Part shown: positions 18,372 through 27,818 of the stretch, piece after piece
Layout of the letters: each line of letters starts with the position of its first letter
How positions within the stretch are numbered: position 1 is the stretch's first letter
Assembly (NCBI GenBank): GCA_963826115.1
Contig: CAWGVS010000010.1
Span: 64,001-128,000, forward strand
Source of the DNA: an uncultured Candidatus Rokubacteria bacterium
GTDB taxonomy: Bacteria > Methylomirabilota > Methylomirabilia > Rokubacteriales > DASRDR01
Direction of reading: 5' to 3'
DNA: 64,000 nt
Made by a program: the position numbers and the translations under genes
Notes under the pieces: generated by a model
Databases searched by the model: none
The model's input: the letters and a program-made list of their open reading frames with translations, nothing else
What the model was told of the DNA's origin: nothing

Positions 18372-19169
18372 ATGGGCAGCTCCACGGAGACCTTCCAGCT
18401 GTCGGTGGCCGCGGCGGAGGTCTACGAGTCGCGGTTCGTGCCCGCGCTGTTCGCGGACTGGGCGCCACACCTCGTGGACCTCGCGGGCGTCGGGCCGGGC
18501 CAGGCCGTCCTCGACGTCGCCTGCGGGACCGGGATCGTCGCCCGCGTCGCGGCCGATCGCCTGGCGGGCGCCGGGCGAGTCGTCGGGGTCGACCTCAACG
18601 AGGCGATGCTCACCGTCGCGCGCCGCGTGGGCCCCGGCGTCGAGTGGCGCCAGGGCGACGCGGCGGCGTTGCCGTTCGCGGATGCGTCGTTCGACCGCGT
18701 GCTCTGCCAGATGGCGCTCATGTTCTTCCCCGACCGCGGCGGCGCCCTGCGGGAGATGCGACGGGTCACCGCCCCGAACGGAACGGTCGCCCTCGTGGTC
18801 CCCGGGCGGCTGGACGCCCAGCCGGCGTACGGGCCCTTCGTCGAGATGGCGGCCCGGCACGCCGGGCCGGAGGCCGCGTCGCTCCTGGGCGCGTACTTCG
18901 CCTGCGGCGACCTCTCCGAGTTGACCGGGCTCGTCGAGGCAGCCGGCCTGCGTGTCGCCCAGACCCGAACGCGGAACGGCCGCGTCCGCTTCGGCTCGAT
19001 CGACGAGTTCGTCGCGGCCGAGATCGAGGGCTCGCCCCTCGTCGGCCGCATCGGCGCCGAGACCTACGCGCGCATCCGCGAGGACGCGCGCCCGGCGCTG
19101 CGCGCGTTCCTGACGGCGGAGGGCCTGGAGGTCCCGCTCATCGGACACCTGATCGCCGCCCGCCGCTGA
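18372..19169 (+). CDS. Class I SAM-dependent methyltransferase
   Basis: VLDVACGTG, GDAAALPFADASFD. RBS GGAGGAGG. Confidence 0.92.
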   Translation: MGSSTETFQLSVAAAEVYESRFVPALFADWAPHLVDLAGVGPGQAVLDVACGTGIVARVAADRLAGAGRVVGVDLNEAMLTVARRVGPGVEWRQGDAAALPFADASFDRVLCQMALMFFPDRGGALREMRRVTAPNGTVALVVPGRLDAQPAYGPFVEMAARHAGPEAASLLGAYFACGDLSELTGLVEAAGLRVAQTRTRNGRVRFGSIDEFVAAEIEGSPLVGRIGAETYARIREDARPALRAFLTAEGLEVPLIGHLIAARR

Positions 19170-19206
19170 CGGGCGCGGCCGCGGGCGCCGAACAGCGCGC
19201 CGACCG

Positions 19207-20292
19207 TCAGTCGGCGGGCGGCCGGGCGGGCGCCGACACCGCCTCCTCCGCGAACCGGAGGAGGGCGATGGTGAGGGCGACGATCACCGGACCGATGAAC
19301 ATCCCGATCGCGCCGAACGCCGCGAGCCCGCCCACGAGCCCCAGGAAGACGGGCAGGGTGGAGAGCCCGGCCCGTCCGGACACGACGAGCGGCTTGATGA
19401 AGTTGTCGACCGACGTCACCAGGCCGATCGACCAGAGCGCCAGGAAGAGCGCCGCCCACGTTCGCCCCTGGGCGAGGAGGAGGATGTCCGCGGGGACCCA
19501 CACGAGCGCCGTGCCGACCAGCGGCACCGCCGAGGAGAGCGCGGTCAGGACGCCGAACACGACGGGGGAGGGTAGGCCGACCAGCGCGAAGCCGATCCCG
19601 AGAAGCAGTCCCTGGGCCGCGGCCGTCAGGAGCATCCCCAGCACCAGCGCGCGCGTGACCGACGAGAGGTGCTCGAGGAGCAGCGTCTTGCGTCCGTCGT
19701 CCATCGGCACGAGCCGCATCACCCGGCGGACGATGTCGTGGCCGTCGCGGAGGAAGAAGAACAGCATGAACAGGACCAGGATGAGCCCGACCACCGCCCC
19801 GAGCACGCTCGCCAGCGCGGCGCCGCTCGCGCCCATCAAGGTCAGGAGGAGGCTCCGCCCGTTCTGGAGCAGCCAGACCTTGATCTGCTCGACGGTAATG
19901 GGCACGTAGGGCGAGACCCACGCGAGCGCGTCCTCCGCGAGCGGGATTCGGAGGAGGTCGCTCAGCTTGGCGACGTGATGGCGCTCGGCGAGCTCCTGGG
20001 CTTGCGTGACGAGGTCGCCGGCCTGGGCCGCGAAGACCACGGCGAGAAGCGCGGCGGGCCCGAGGACCAGAATGAGGCCCGCCAGCGTCAGCAGGAGGGA
20101 CGCGAGTCCCCGGCGGCCGTTCAGGACCCGGCCGAGCGCTTCGTTCAGCGGGTGGAGCAGGAAGGCGAGGAGGAGCGCCCACAGGATCGCGCCCGCGAAG
20201 GGCACCGCCATGAGGATCAGCGCGTAGCCGAGGAGGCACGCCGTGAACAGGGCGAAGACCTTGGGGTAGAAGGCGCCGTAGTCGACGTTCAC
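19207..20292 (-). CDS. AI-2E family transporter
   Basis: Multi-TM, FFFLRDG, VDNFIKP, GGLAAFGAIGMFIGPVI. GTG start inferred. Confidence 0.88.
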   Translation of the reverse strand: MNVDYGAFYPKVFALFTACLLGYALILMAVPFAGAILWALLLAFLLHPLNEALGRVLNGRRGLASLLLTLAGLILVLGPAALLAVVFAAQAGDLVTQAQELAERHHVAKLSDLLRIPLAEDALAWVSPYVPITVEQIKVWLLQNGRSLLLTLMGASGAALASVLGAVVGLILVLFMLFFFLRDGHDIVRRVMRLVPMDDGRKTLLLEHLSSVTRALVLGMLLTAAAQGLLLGIGFALVGLPSPVVFGVLTALSSAVPLVGTALVWVPADILLLAQGRTWAALFLALWSIGLVTSVDNFIKPLVVSGRAGLSTLPVFLGLVGGLAAFGAIGMFIGPVIVALTIALLRFAEEAVSAPARPPAD

Positions 20293-20452
20293 AGGCTCTC
20301 CTTCGGGAAGCGCGTCCCCGCCGACGGCGGGCGACCACGACCATACTACACGGCCCGGTTCCGCGGCTCCCGCGAACGGATCGGCGGCCGCGGCGTGGTA
20401 TGAAGTAAAGGCGGCGGCCGTACCGCCGTCGAGCGACACGGGAGGACGCGAG

Positions 20453-20926
20453 ATGAGCCAGGGCGCGACGAAGCCGGTCCCGGACGGATACCACACGGCG
20501 ACCCCCTACCTGGTCGTGGACGGCGCCGCGAAGGCGATCGAGTTCTACGCGCGGGTCTTCGGCGCCACCGAGCGGATGCGGATGCCGGGCCCCGGCGGCA
20601 AGGTGGGCCACGCGGAGATCCGCATCGGCGACTCGGTGATCATGCTGGCCGACGAGCACCCGGAGATGGGCGCGCGGGGCCCGCGCGCGTACGGCGGCGC
20701 GGCCGTGAGCCTCCACCTCTACGTGTCGGACGTGGACGCCACGGTGAAGCGAGCGGTGGCCGCCGGGGCCACGCTTCTCCGGCCGGTGGAGGACAAGTTC
20801 TACGGCGACCGCATGGGGACGATCGAGGACCCCTTCGGGCACCACTGGCACGTGTCGACGCACAAGGAGGACGTGCCGCCCGACGAGATGGCCCGGCGCG
20901 CGGCCTCGCTCGCCAAGTCCGGCTAG
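20453..20926 (+). CDS. VOC/glyoxalase (PhnB-like) protein
   Basis: PDGYHTATPYL, HAEIRIGDSVIML, FYGDRMGTIEDPFGHHW. Confidence 0.92.
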   Translation: MSQGATKPVPDGYHTATPYLVVDGAAKAIEFYARVFGATERMRMPGPGGKVGHAEIRIGDSVIMLADEHPEMGARGPRAYGGAAVSLHLYVSDVDATVKRAVAAGATLLRPVEDKFYGDRMGTIEDPFGHHWHVSTHKEDVPPDEMARRAASLAKSG

Positions 20927-20962
20927 GTCGCTCGGGCGGCCGGCGCGCCCGCCCCCGCGAGG

Positions 20963-21928
20963 CTAGAAGCGGACGCCGATCCGGGCGGAGGCGAACGGCC
21001 CGGAGCCGACGTCGATCCGGTTCCGGTCCCGGTCGCCGTAGTCCTCGCCCTCGAAGTAGAGGCGGTCGAAGCTGTACCCCACGGTGAGATCGACGTAGGC
21101 CTGCCGCGCGAGGCCGATGATCGCGCCGGCCCGGATCCGCTTCTCGTAGTAGAAGAGACGGTCGTCCGGGTCGGCCCGCTCGGCGCGCAGGTAGCGCTCG
21201 TTGGTCCAGTCGAAGCCGACCCACACGCGAACGGGTCGGAACACCTGGTAGGTCAGGCGGACGTCGACCGTCCGGACGGCGATGTAGGAGGCCGAGAGGG
21301 TCAGGCCGTCGACCGGCTGGTACGTGAGCGACAGGAGCCCGGTGGTGATGACGGCCTTGAACTGGTCGGACGGCTCGTAGGAGTACCCGAAGCCCGGGAT
21401 CGGGATGTGCGGCAGGAACTCCCGGTTGCTCCCGTAGTTCAGGAAGAAGATCCACGCGTCCCGGTCCCGCGCCGGGACGCGCAGGACGGCGGTGGCGTTG
21501 ATGTCCATCTCGTCGAAGCTCGCGAAGGGCCGATCGCTCGGCGAGCCGACGGTGACGTCGAGGGCCGCGATCCAGCCCGAGTCGAATCGATGCCGGTAGC
21601 CCGATCCGATGCGGACGTTCCACAGCTCGTCCGGGAAGGGTTCTCCCGTATCGGGCAGGATCGCGCCCGTGGCGAATTCCTGGTTGCGGACGCGCGCCGA
21701 CGCGTACCACTCGTCGGTCGCGCTCTGCCGGATGGGCCCGGAGAGCGAGAAGTCCTGCTGGAGGAGCCCGAGCTCCGCCGGCTGGCCCGACACGGGCTGA
21801 TCCGGAAAGTACGTGACCCGGTAGTCGGAGCGGATCCGGACCTGTCCCAGCTCCGGGGCGAGCAGGTTGAGGAACTCCTCTTGCGCGCGCGCCGGAGCCG
21901 GCCAGAGGGCCACGATGCACGCCGCCAC
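20963..21928 (-). CDS. Probable outer-membrane beta-barrel protein
   Basis: Signal-like N-terminus (PARA-Q), alternating beta-strand pattern, C-terminal ARIGVRF. Start uncertain. Confidence 0.65.
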   Translation of the reverse strand: MAACIVALWPAPARAQEEFLNLLAPELGQVRIRSDYRVTYFPDQPVSGQPAELGLLQQDFSLSGPIRQSATDEWYASARVRNQEFATGAILPDTGEPFPDELWNVRIGSGYRHRFDSGWIAALDVTVGSPSDRPFASFDEMDINATAVLRVPARDRDAWIFFLNYGSNREFLPHIPIPGFGYSYEPSDQFKAVITTGLLSLTYQPVDGLTLSASYIAVRTVDVRLTYQVFRPVRVWVGFDWTNERYLRAERADPDDRLFYYEKRIRAGAIIGLARQAYVDLTVGYSFDRLYFEGEDYGDRDRNRIDVGSGPFASARIGVRF

Positions 21929-22002
21929 GAGGAGCGGCGCCAGATGCCGGACGCGACGGGCGCGGCCGGCCGGTCGGTCCCAGGCCCGTCCGGGTTCGTG
22001 GC

Positions 22003-22758
22003 CTAGCTGGGATCGGTGACGGAGGGCGCCGCAGTCAGCGTTGCCGCCGCGGCCAAGACCAGCGGCTCGGTCGGTGGGCCGGCGGGGATCGCGGCGAGCA
22101 GGGCCTCGGGCGCGCCCACCGCCGGAGCGACCTGGAGCGCGCGCAGGAGGCGCGGACTCGAGCCGACCGCCCAGATCGTCGCGGCGAGATAGGCGAAGCC
22201 GAGCGTGGCGCCGCCCACGAGGTCCGAGAGGAAGTGGGCCTCGAGGTACATCCGGCTGTAGGCGACGGTGACGACGACGACCGCGTACGCGCCGAGCGCG
22301 CGCCGCGTCCACGCCCGGTCGGTCGACAGGCTCACGACGTACACGAGGTAGCCGCCGAGCACGACGAGGCTCATGACGTGCGCGCTCGGGAAGCCCCAGG
22401 GATCGAGGTTCGGACGGGGCCGGTCCATCGCCAACTTGGCCGCGTGCTGGACGAGCCCGATTCCCGCCATGGCTACCGGGAGGCCGAGCGCCCAGCGCCG
22501 CCGTCGGCTCCACAGCATCGCCACGGTGGCCACGATCACCGCGACCTGACCTGGCTGACCACCAAGGTAGGAGGCCCTCGCCATGACGCTCAGGAGCGCC
22601 GGATGCCGGGTCTCCTGGACCAGGGCCCGGGCGTCGCGGTCGATGTCGTCGAGGCGGTGCTGCGCGACGGCTAGCGCGAGGAGCAGGAAGCCGAAGAGGC
22701 AGACCAGACCGCCATGGAGCAGTACCCGGTCCGCGATCGCGCCGGCTCTCTGTGACAT
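22003..22758 (-). CDS. PAP2-family phosphatase
   Basis: KxxxxRPRP, FPSAH, SRMYLEAHFLSD motifs. Confidence 0.9.
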   Translation of the reverse strand: MSQRAGAIADRVLLHGGLVCLFGFLLLALAVAQHRLDDIDRDARALVQETRHPALLSVMARASYLGGQPGQVAVIVATVAMLWSRRRRWALGLPVAMAGIGLVQHAAKLAMDRPRPNLDPWGFPSAHVMSLVVLGGYLVYVVSLSTDRAWTRRALGAYAVVVVTVAYSRMYLEAHFLSDLVGGATLGFAYLAATIWAVGSSPRLLRALQVAPAVGAPEALLAAIPAGPPTEPLVLAAAATLTAAPSVTDPS

Positions 22759-22819
22759 CGAAGTGATTCATCCAACTTAGCACGGGCGAGCCGTCGTGCA
22801 ACCCGGGTCCATCCGGGCA

Positions 22820-22835
22820 GGGCACGGGTCTTGCT
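22820..22835 (+). promoter_or_regulatory. sigma54 -24/-12 promoter
   Basis: GGGCACGGGTCTTGCT, 14 nt before ATG 22850. Confidence 0.7.
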
Positions 22836-22849
22836 GGGTCCCAGGCCAT

Positions 22850-23833
22850 ATGCGCCTCCTCCGGGTTCTCCCGCTTGCCGGCGGTCTGCTGGCCCTCGTG
22901 CTCGTCGTGCGCCACGTCGGACTCGACGCGCTGACCAGCGCGCTGACCCGCATCGCGTGGTGGCAGTTCGCCCTCGTGTGCCTCGTCAGCGGGCTCACCC
23001 TCGTGCTGGACACGCTCGGCTGGCGCGCCACGCTCGTCACGGAACGCCCACCGTTCCGGAAGCTCCTGGCGGCACGGTGCGCCGGACAAGCCGTGAACGT
23101 CGTCACCGCGCTGGGGGGCCTCGGGGGCGAGGCGACCAAGGCGTGGCTGCTTCGCCGCGAATTGCCCTACGAGGCGAGCGTGCCGTCCCTGATCCTCGCG
23201 AAGACCGCCGAGGTCGTGGGGCAGACGCTCCTCCTCGCCACCGGCATCGCGGTCGCGTGGGCCACCGGCGTCGTCGGCGGAGCGCTCCTCGCCTCGATGT
23301 GCTACCTGCTCCTCGTCGAGGTGATCTGCGTCGGCGGCTTCATCCTGGCCCAGGTGGCCGGCGGCGTCGGTCGGGTCGGTCGGCTCCTGGCCTGGGTGGG
23401 CGCCGGGGCCGGCGCCCGTCGGGTGGACGGCGCCGTGCGGGACTTCTATCGCTCGCACTGGCGGGCGCTCGCCGCGTCGATCGGATACCACTTCGCGAGT
23501 TGGCTCATGGGAACCATCGAGGTGCTCCTCATCCTGTGGAGCCTCCAGGTGCCCGGCTCCCTTCCGACGGCCCTCGTGATCGAGGCGCTCGGGACCGGGG
23601 TGCGCTTCGCCACCTTCTTCGTCCCGGCGAGCCTCGGGACGCTGGAGGGCGCGTACGCCGCCGCCTTCGCCGCTCTCGGATGGGCGTCGGGGGACGGCCT
23701 CGCCTTCAGCCTGGTGCGCCGGGGTCGCCAAGTCGTGTGGATCGGCATCGGACTCGCGGTCCTGGCGGTGCTTGGCGTCGCGCGGGCGACGGCGGACGAG
23801 CCCGCGGAGGCCATGCCCGCCCGCGCCGACTGA
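22850..23833 (+). CDS. Lysylphosphatidylglycerol synthase TM / flippase-like (UPF0104) protein
   Basis: Multi-TM, GGLGGEATKAWLL, FFVPASLGTLEG. Confidence 0.82.
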   Translation: MRLLRVLPLAGGLLALVLVVRHVGLDALTSALTRIAWWQFALVCLVSGLTLVLDTLGWRATLVTERPPFRKLLAARCAGQAVNVVTALGGLGGEATKAWLLRRELPYEASVPSLILAKTAEVVGQTLLLATGIAVAWATGVVGGALLASMCYLLLVEVICVGGFILAQVAGGVGRVGRLLAWVGAGAGARRVDGAVRDFYRSHWRALAASIGYHFASWLMGTIEVLLILWSLQVPGSLPTALVIEALGTGVRFATFFVPASLGTLEGAYAAAFAALGWASGDGLAFSLVRRGRQVVWIGIGLAVLAVLGVARATADEPAEAMPARAD

Positions 23834-23840
23834 GGCGCCG

Positions 23841-24818
23841 TCACGCCACCAGGGCGGGAGCCGGCGGATGATCCGCCACCCGCCGCCCGAGACCTCGCTC
23901 GAGGGCCGCGAGCGCTTCCGGCGAGACGATGACGGGGAGCTGTCGCGGCAGGGCCTCGAGCTCATCGTGAATCGAGCCGCCCGACACCGAGACGCGTCGG
24001 CCACGACCGCGGAAGACGCCGGGCCCCGCGCCCGGGATCCGCAGGTGACGCCGCAGGAGCTTGGCGAACACCCGGCGGCGGCTCGCGGCGCGGATGACGA
24101 ACACGTCCAACAGGCCGTCGAGGGGGGACGCGTCGGGCGTGAGCGGAAGCCATGCGCCGTACGTGTTCACGTTGGCGACGATGACGAGCGCGGCTTCCGT
24201 GGCGACGACGCGACCGTCCACCACGACACGCAGCCGCGCCGGCTGAGTCCCCCGTAGATGGCGGACCGCCGCTCGATAATAGGCGAGCCCGCGCAGCCAC
24301 CGGGACCGCGGCGCGGCGGCGGCCGCCTCGACCGCGGCCTGGACCTCGGCGATCAGGCCGTAGCTCTGCTGGCACAGGAAGAGCTCGCCGTTGCACTGGC
24401 CCACGTCGGCGTGGACGATCCGCCCGCGGGTCAGGAGATCGAGCGCGCCTTCCACGGTCGCCGGATGGTCGAAGGCCTGGGCGAAGAGATTCCCGAAGCC
24501 CGAGGACACGGGCAGGAACGGCACTCCACGGCGGACGGCGGCGAGCGCCGTGGTGCTCTGCGTGCCGTCACCGCCAACGCACACCAGGGCCGAGAAGCGG
24601 CCGCTCTGAGCGGCGGCCCAGCGATGGAGCGTGTCGAGATCCGAGAAGACCTCGAGGCTCGTTCGCCGATGCCGCGCCGCGAGCGCATCGCGGAGCCGGA
24701 GCGCGGTGGTCATGGCGTGGCCGTTGCCGGAGCCCGGCGTGACCACGACCTGTACCGGATGAGGATCGATCGCGCGGGCGCCACGCGTCCGCGACGTCTT
24801 GCGAAGGAGCGTTCTCAT
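23841..24818 (-). CDS. Diacylglycerol kinase-family lipid kinase
   Basis: TPGSG, CVGGDGT, LPVSSGFGNLFA, ANVNTYG, PDASPLDGLLDV. Confidence 0.88.
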   Translation of the reverse strand: MRTLLRKTSRTRGARAIDPHPVQVVVTPGSGNGHAMTTALRLRDALAARHRRTSLEVFSDLDTLHRWAAAQSGRFSALVCVGGDGTQSTTALAAVRRGVPFLPVSSGFGNLFAQAFDHPATVEGALDLLTRGRIVHADVGQCNGELFLCQQSYGLIAEVQAAVEAAAAAPRSRWLRGLAYYRAAVRHLRGTQPARLRVVVDGRVVATEAALVIVANVNTYGAWLPLTPDASPLDGLLDVFVIRAASRRRVFAKLLRRHLRIPGAGPGVFRGRGRRVSVSGGSIHDELEALPRQLPVIVSPEALAALERGLGRRVADHPPAPALVA

Positions 24819-24844
24819 GGCGTCATCCCCTCGGGAGGGGAGCG

Positions 24845-24860
24845 AGCAAGCGAGGTGCCA
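24845..24860 (-). promoter_or_regulatory. sigma54 -24/-12 promoter
   Basis: TGGCACCTCGCTTGCT on the minus strand, upstream of the DAGK gene. Confidence 0.8.
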
Positions 24861-24926
24861 GAGGCGCCCAGGGTGTTCGGGCCGTCGTCAGGAGAGCGGG
24901 CGCGCGCGCACGATCGCGCGCGACGC

Positions 24927-24958
24927 CGACGCCATGTCCGCGCGGCGACACGCTGACG
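24927..24958. promoter_or_regulatory. Putative bEBP enhancer (UAS) copy
   Basis: CGACG-CCA-TGTCC-GCGCGG-CGACA-CGC-TGACG. Confidence 0.65.
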
Positions 24959-24979
24959 CCGGCGCGATCGGGCTGGGCG

Positions 24980-25696
24980 CTAGGCGGGGCGGAGGCGGAG
25001 CGCGGCCACGAGCGGCAGGTGGTCGGACGCGCGTCGGGCCAGGCGTGTCCGGTGGACGCGCAGCGATTCGCAGCGGAGCGTGTGGTCCCAGTAGATGCGG
25101 TCCAGCGCCCACAGCGGGAGGAACGCGGGGTGGGTCCGCCGGCGCCGCAGGCTGGTGAACTCCCGGCGGAGCGCCCGGCCCACGCGGCCCGGGAACCACT
25201 CGTTCAGGTCGCCGACCACGATCCGCGGGCCCGTGCGGTCGTCCCACAGGATGTGGCGCTCGACCAGCCACTTCACCTGCGCGGCGCGCTCGTGTCCTCG
25301 CAGGCCGAGGTGGACGTTGAAGACGTGCAGGACCTGCTCGCCGAGTCCGAGGTCGACCCGGATGCCCCCGCGGGCCTCGCGCGCCCGGACGGAGAGATCG
25401 AAGGTGACCACGCCGCGGAGCGGAAGCCGGGAGAGGACGGCGTTCCCGCACGCGCCGTCCTGGCGATGGACGGTAACGCCCGTGACCGGCTGCATGCCGA
25501 GGTCCTTCGCGAGGTGCTCGGCCTGCGCCTCGTAGATCTCCTGGACGCCGACGACGTCGGCGTCGACCTCCTGGAGCACGTCCGCGATCCGCCGCATGCT
25601 GACGCGTCCGTCGAGACCGCGACCTCGGTGGATGTTGTAGGTCGCCACGCGCAGCACGTCCGGCGCGGCGGCATGCGAGGCTCTCGACGCTGACAC
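24980..25696 (-). CDS. Endonuclease/exonuclease/phosphatase (EEP) family protein
   Basis: LRVATYNIH, DVVGVQE, VHLGL, VVGDLNE, LDRI, ASDHLP. Start approximate. Confidence 0.9.
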   Translation of the reverse strand: MSASRASHAAAPDVLRVATYNIHRGRGLDGRVSMRRIADVLQEVDADVVGVQEIYEAQAEHLAKDLGMQPVTGVTVHRQDGACGNAVLSRLPLRGVVTFDLSVRAREARGGIRVDLGLGEQVLHVFNVHLGLRGHERAAQVKWLVERHILWDDRTGPRIVVGDLNEWFPGRVGRALRREFTSLRRRRTHPAFLPLWALDRIYWDHTLRCESLRVHRTRLARRASDHLPLVAALRLRPA

Positions 25697-25777
25697 GGTG
25701 TCCCCGGTCCAGGATAGAGGCAGGCGGCGGGATCGGCAACGAAGCGGATGTCTCGCCGTTGCGCGAGGCCACGCGGG

Positions 25778-25809
25778 CGTCAGCGTGTCGTTCGCGCGAC
25801 ATCGCGTCG
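25778..25809. promoter_or_regulatory. Putative bEBP enhancer (UAS) copy
   Basis: CGTCA-GCG-TGTCG-TTCGCG-CGACA-TCG-CGTCG. Confidence 0.7.
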
Positions 25810-25862
25810 CCGGAAGCGACGCACCACCCTCGTAGGGTCCGCATCCCGACGACCCGGTCGCG

Positions 25863-25878
25863 TGGCATGGCGCTTGCG
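25863..25878 (+). promoter_or_regulatory. sigma54 -24/-12 promoter
   Basis: TGGCATGGCGCTTGCG, upstream of ORF 25890, rlpA and mlaC. Confidence 0.75.
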
Positions 25879-25889
25879 ACCACCCGGGC

Positions 25890-26219
25890 ATGATTCGCAT
25901 GAGCTCGAACCAGTCGCGCTCCGGCTCTTCAATGCATGTCCTCCGAATCGCGCCAGCGCCGACGGCGTCTGCGCTCGCGCTGTGCGTCGCCGGTCCGCGG
26001 CGCCGACCGCTTGCGCGGGTGGGCCTCCTCCGTCGCGCTCCGCGCCTCTCGGTCCGAGGCGAGCGGCGGGGGACGGAGTGGCGCGCGATCGCCAACGGGA
26101 TCGGTGGGGCCCTCGACGGCGTCCGGACGGCTCCCGTGGCCGGCGCTCCGCGCGAGTGGTGGCACGCGGAGTCGATCCCGGACGGGTGGCCGTGGGGTCC
26201 CGGCGCCGACTGCGCCTGA
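25890..26219 (+). CDS. Possible hypothetical protein (109 aa)
   Basis: ATG lies at the predicted sigma54 start site and the ORF fills the gap before rlpA. No recognisable domain. Confidence 0.3.
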   Translation: MIRMSSNQSRSGSSMHVLRIAPAPTASALALCVAGPRRRPLARVGLLRRAPRLSVRGERRGTEWRAIANGIGGALDGVRTAPVAGAPREWWHAESIPDGWPWGPGADCA

Positions 26220-26250
26220 CCGATGACACCGTGAGACCGGAGCGGCCGGT

Positions 26251-26676
26251 GTGACGCGTGCTCCGGCGTGCGCCCTCGTCCTGGGGATCCTGGCGCTGTG
26301 CGGGTGCGCGGTCAGCCGGCCGCCGGCGACACCCGTGACGGGCGAGGGTCGCGCGTCCGCGGAGCGCTCGGGCCCGCCGCGCACCGAGGTGGGCCTCGCG
26401 TCCTGGTACGGGGAGTTCCATCACGGTCAGCCGACGGCGTCGGGCGAGGTCTTCGACATGAGTGGGCTCACGGCCGCGCACCGGACCCTCCCGCTCGGCA
26501 CCCGGATCCGCGTGGTGAACGTCGACAACGGCCGGAGCGTCCAAGTGCGTATCAACGACCGGGGGCCGTACGTCGCCGGCCGGATCCTCGACCTGAGCCG
26601 GGGGGCGGCGCGCGCTCTCGACATGGTGGAGCGCGGCGTGGCGTGGGTCCGTGTCGACGTGATCGGGCTGCCGTGA
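26251..26676 (+). CDS. rlpA: RlpA-family lytic transglycosylase lipoprotein
   Basis: Lipobox LCGC, GLASWYG, TAAHRTLPLGT, VRINDRGP, ILDLSRGAA. Confidence 0.92.
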   Translation: MTRAPACALVLGILALCGCAVSRPPATPVTGEGRASAERSGPPRTEVGLASWYGEFHHGQPTASGEVFDMSGLTAAHRTLPLGTRIRVVNVDNGRSVQVRINDRGPYVAGRILDLSRGAARALDMVERGVAWVRVDVIGLP

Positions 26677-26708
26677 CCCGGCGTGCGGGTCGAGGAAGGG
26701 AGAACGAG

Positions 26709-27338
26709 ATGAGACCACGGGCATGGCTGTCCCTGGCGGCGGTCGTCGCGAGCGTGATGATGCTGGGGAGCGTCGCCGCCGCCGGGGTGCCGACCGACCA
26801 GCTGCGCGGCGCGACGGACCGGGTGCTGAAGGTCCTCCAGGACCCGGAGCTCAAGCAGCCGGCCAAGACGGACGCCCGCCGCCAGCAGATCCGCGCCATC
26901 GCGGACGAGATCTTCGACTGGGGGGAGACGGGCAAGCGCGCCCTGGCGCGGCACTGGCAGGGGCGCAACCCGGCCGAGCGCCAGGAGTTCTCGACGCTCT
27001 TCGCGGATCTGATCGAGCGCTCCTACGTCTCGAAGATCGAGCAGTACTCCGGCGAGCGCATCGCCTATGTCGGCGAGACGGTCGAGGGGGACCAGGCCAC
27101 CGTTCGGACGAAGCTCATCACGAAGTCGAACACCGAGATCCCCATCGACTATCGCATGCAGAAGGAGGGCGACCGCTGGCGCGCCTACGACGTCGTGATC
27201 GAGGGCGTCAGCCTGGTCTCGAACTACCGGACGCAGTTCAACCGGATCATCCAGCAGTCGGGCTACGCCGAGCTGGTGAACAAGCTCAAGGCCAAGCAGG
27301 AGGAGCTCCAGTTCGAGGCCGGCCAGGGCAAGGGCTGA
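26709..27338 (+). CDS. mlaC: MlaC/Ttg2D-family phospholipid-binding protein
   Basis: Signal peptide, RALARHW, WRAYDVVIEGVSLVSNYRTQF. Confidence 0.9.
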   Translation: MRPRAWLSLAAVVASVMMLGSVAAAGVPTDQLRGATDRVLKVLQDPELKQPAKTDARRQQIRAIADEIFDWGETGKRALARHWQGRNPAERQEFSTLFADLIERSYVSKIEQYSGERIAYVGETVEGDQATVRTKLITKSNTEIPIDYRMQKEGDRWRAYDVVIEGVSLVSNYRTQFNRIIQQSGYAELVNKLKAKQEELQFEAGQGKG

Positions 27339-27398
27339 GGGGCGCCGGCGGGACCGCGTGATGGAGGCGAGCGCGCGAGCCTCCTCGCAAGACGCGGT

Positions 27399-27818
27399 AT
27401 GACCAGGGCCCAGATCCATTTCATCCGGCAGTACACGCCGGTCCTGAAGGGGCAGGGCGGGGAGGCCTACGTCGCGCGCGCGTACATGGACCGGCAGCCG
27501 GGCGGCCTCTGGGAGGCGTGGCTCGTCTTCTTCTCGCTGCGGACGGGGCGGGCGATCGCCACCGACCGGGAGACCACGCAGGGGAAGCGGGAGCACGTCC
27601 TCTACTGGGCGACGGGCCTGGGCCCCACGTACCTTCAGGGGGCGCTCGAGCGGGCGCTGGTGCTCCAGCCGGAGGCCCAGCTCGCCCGCCGAATCGCGCG
27701 CGCGGAGCGCCAGGAGGCCTACGCCCTGCTCGAGGCGGAGGTCTACGCCGCGGCGACGGCGAGCGCGCTCCGGCGCGCGGCCGCCGCCCGGGATCGCGTG
27801 GTGCGAGGCGCCCGATGA
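27399..27818 (+). CDS. Hypothetical protein (139 aa)
   Basis: Protein-like (WEAWLVF, TDRETTQ, YWATGL..YLQGALERA). ATGA overlap with the next gene. Confidence 0.7.
   Translation: MTRAQIHFIRQYTPVLKGQGGEAYVARAYMDRQPGGLWEAWLVFFSLRTGRAIATDRETTQGKREHVLYWATGLGPTYLQGALERALVLQPEAQLARRIARAERQEAYALLEAEVYAAATASALRRAAAARDRVVRGAR

Noticed and set aside
25743-25758. Additional weak GG-N10-GC matches (e.g. upstream of the EEP gene, near 27363 and near 39372)
   Set aside because: Poor match outside the GG/GC dinucleotides, which is expected by chance in GC-rich DNA.
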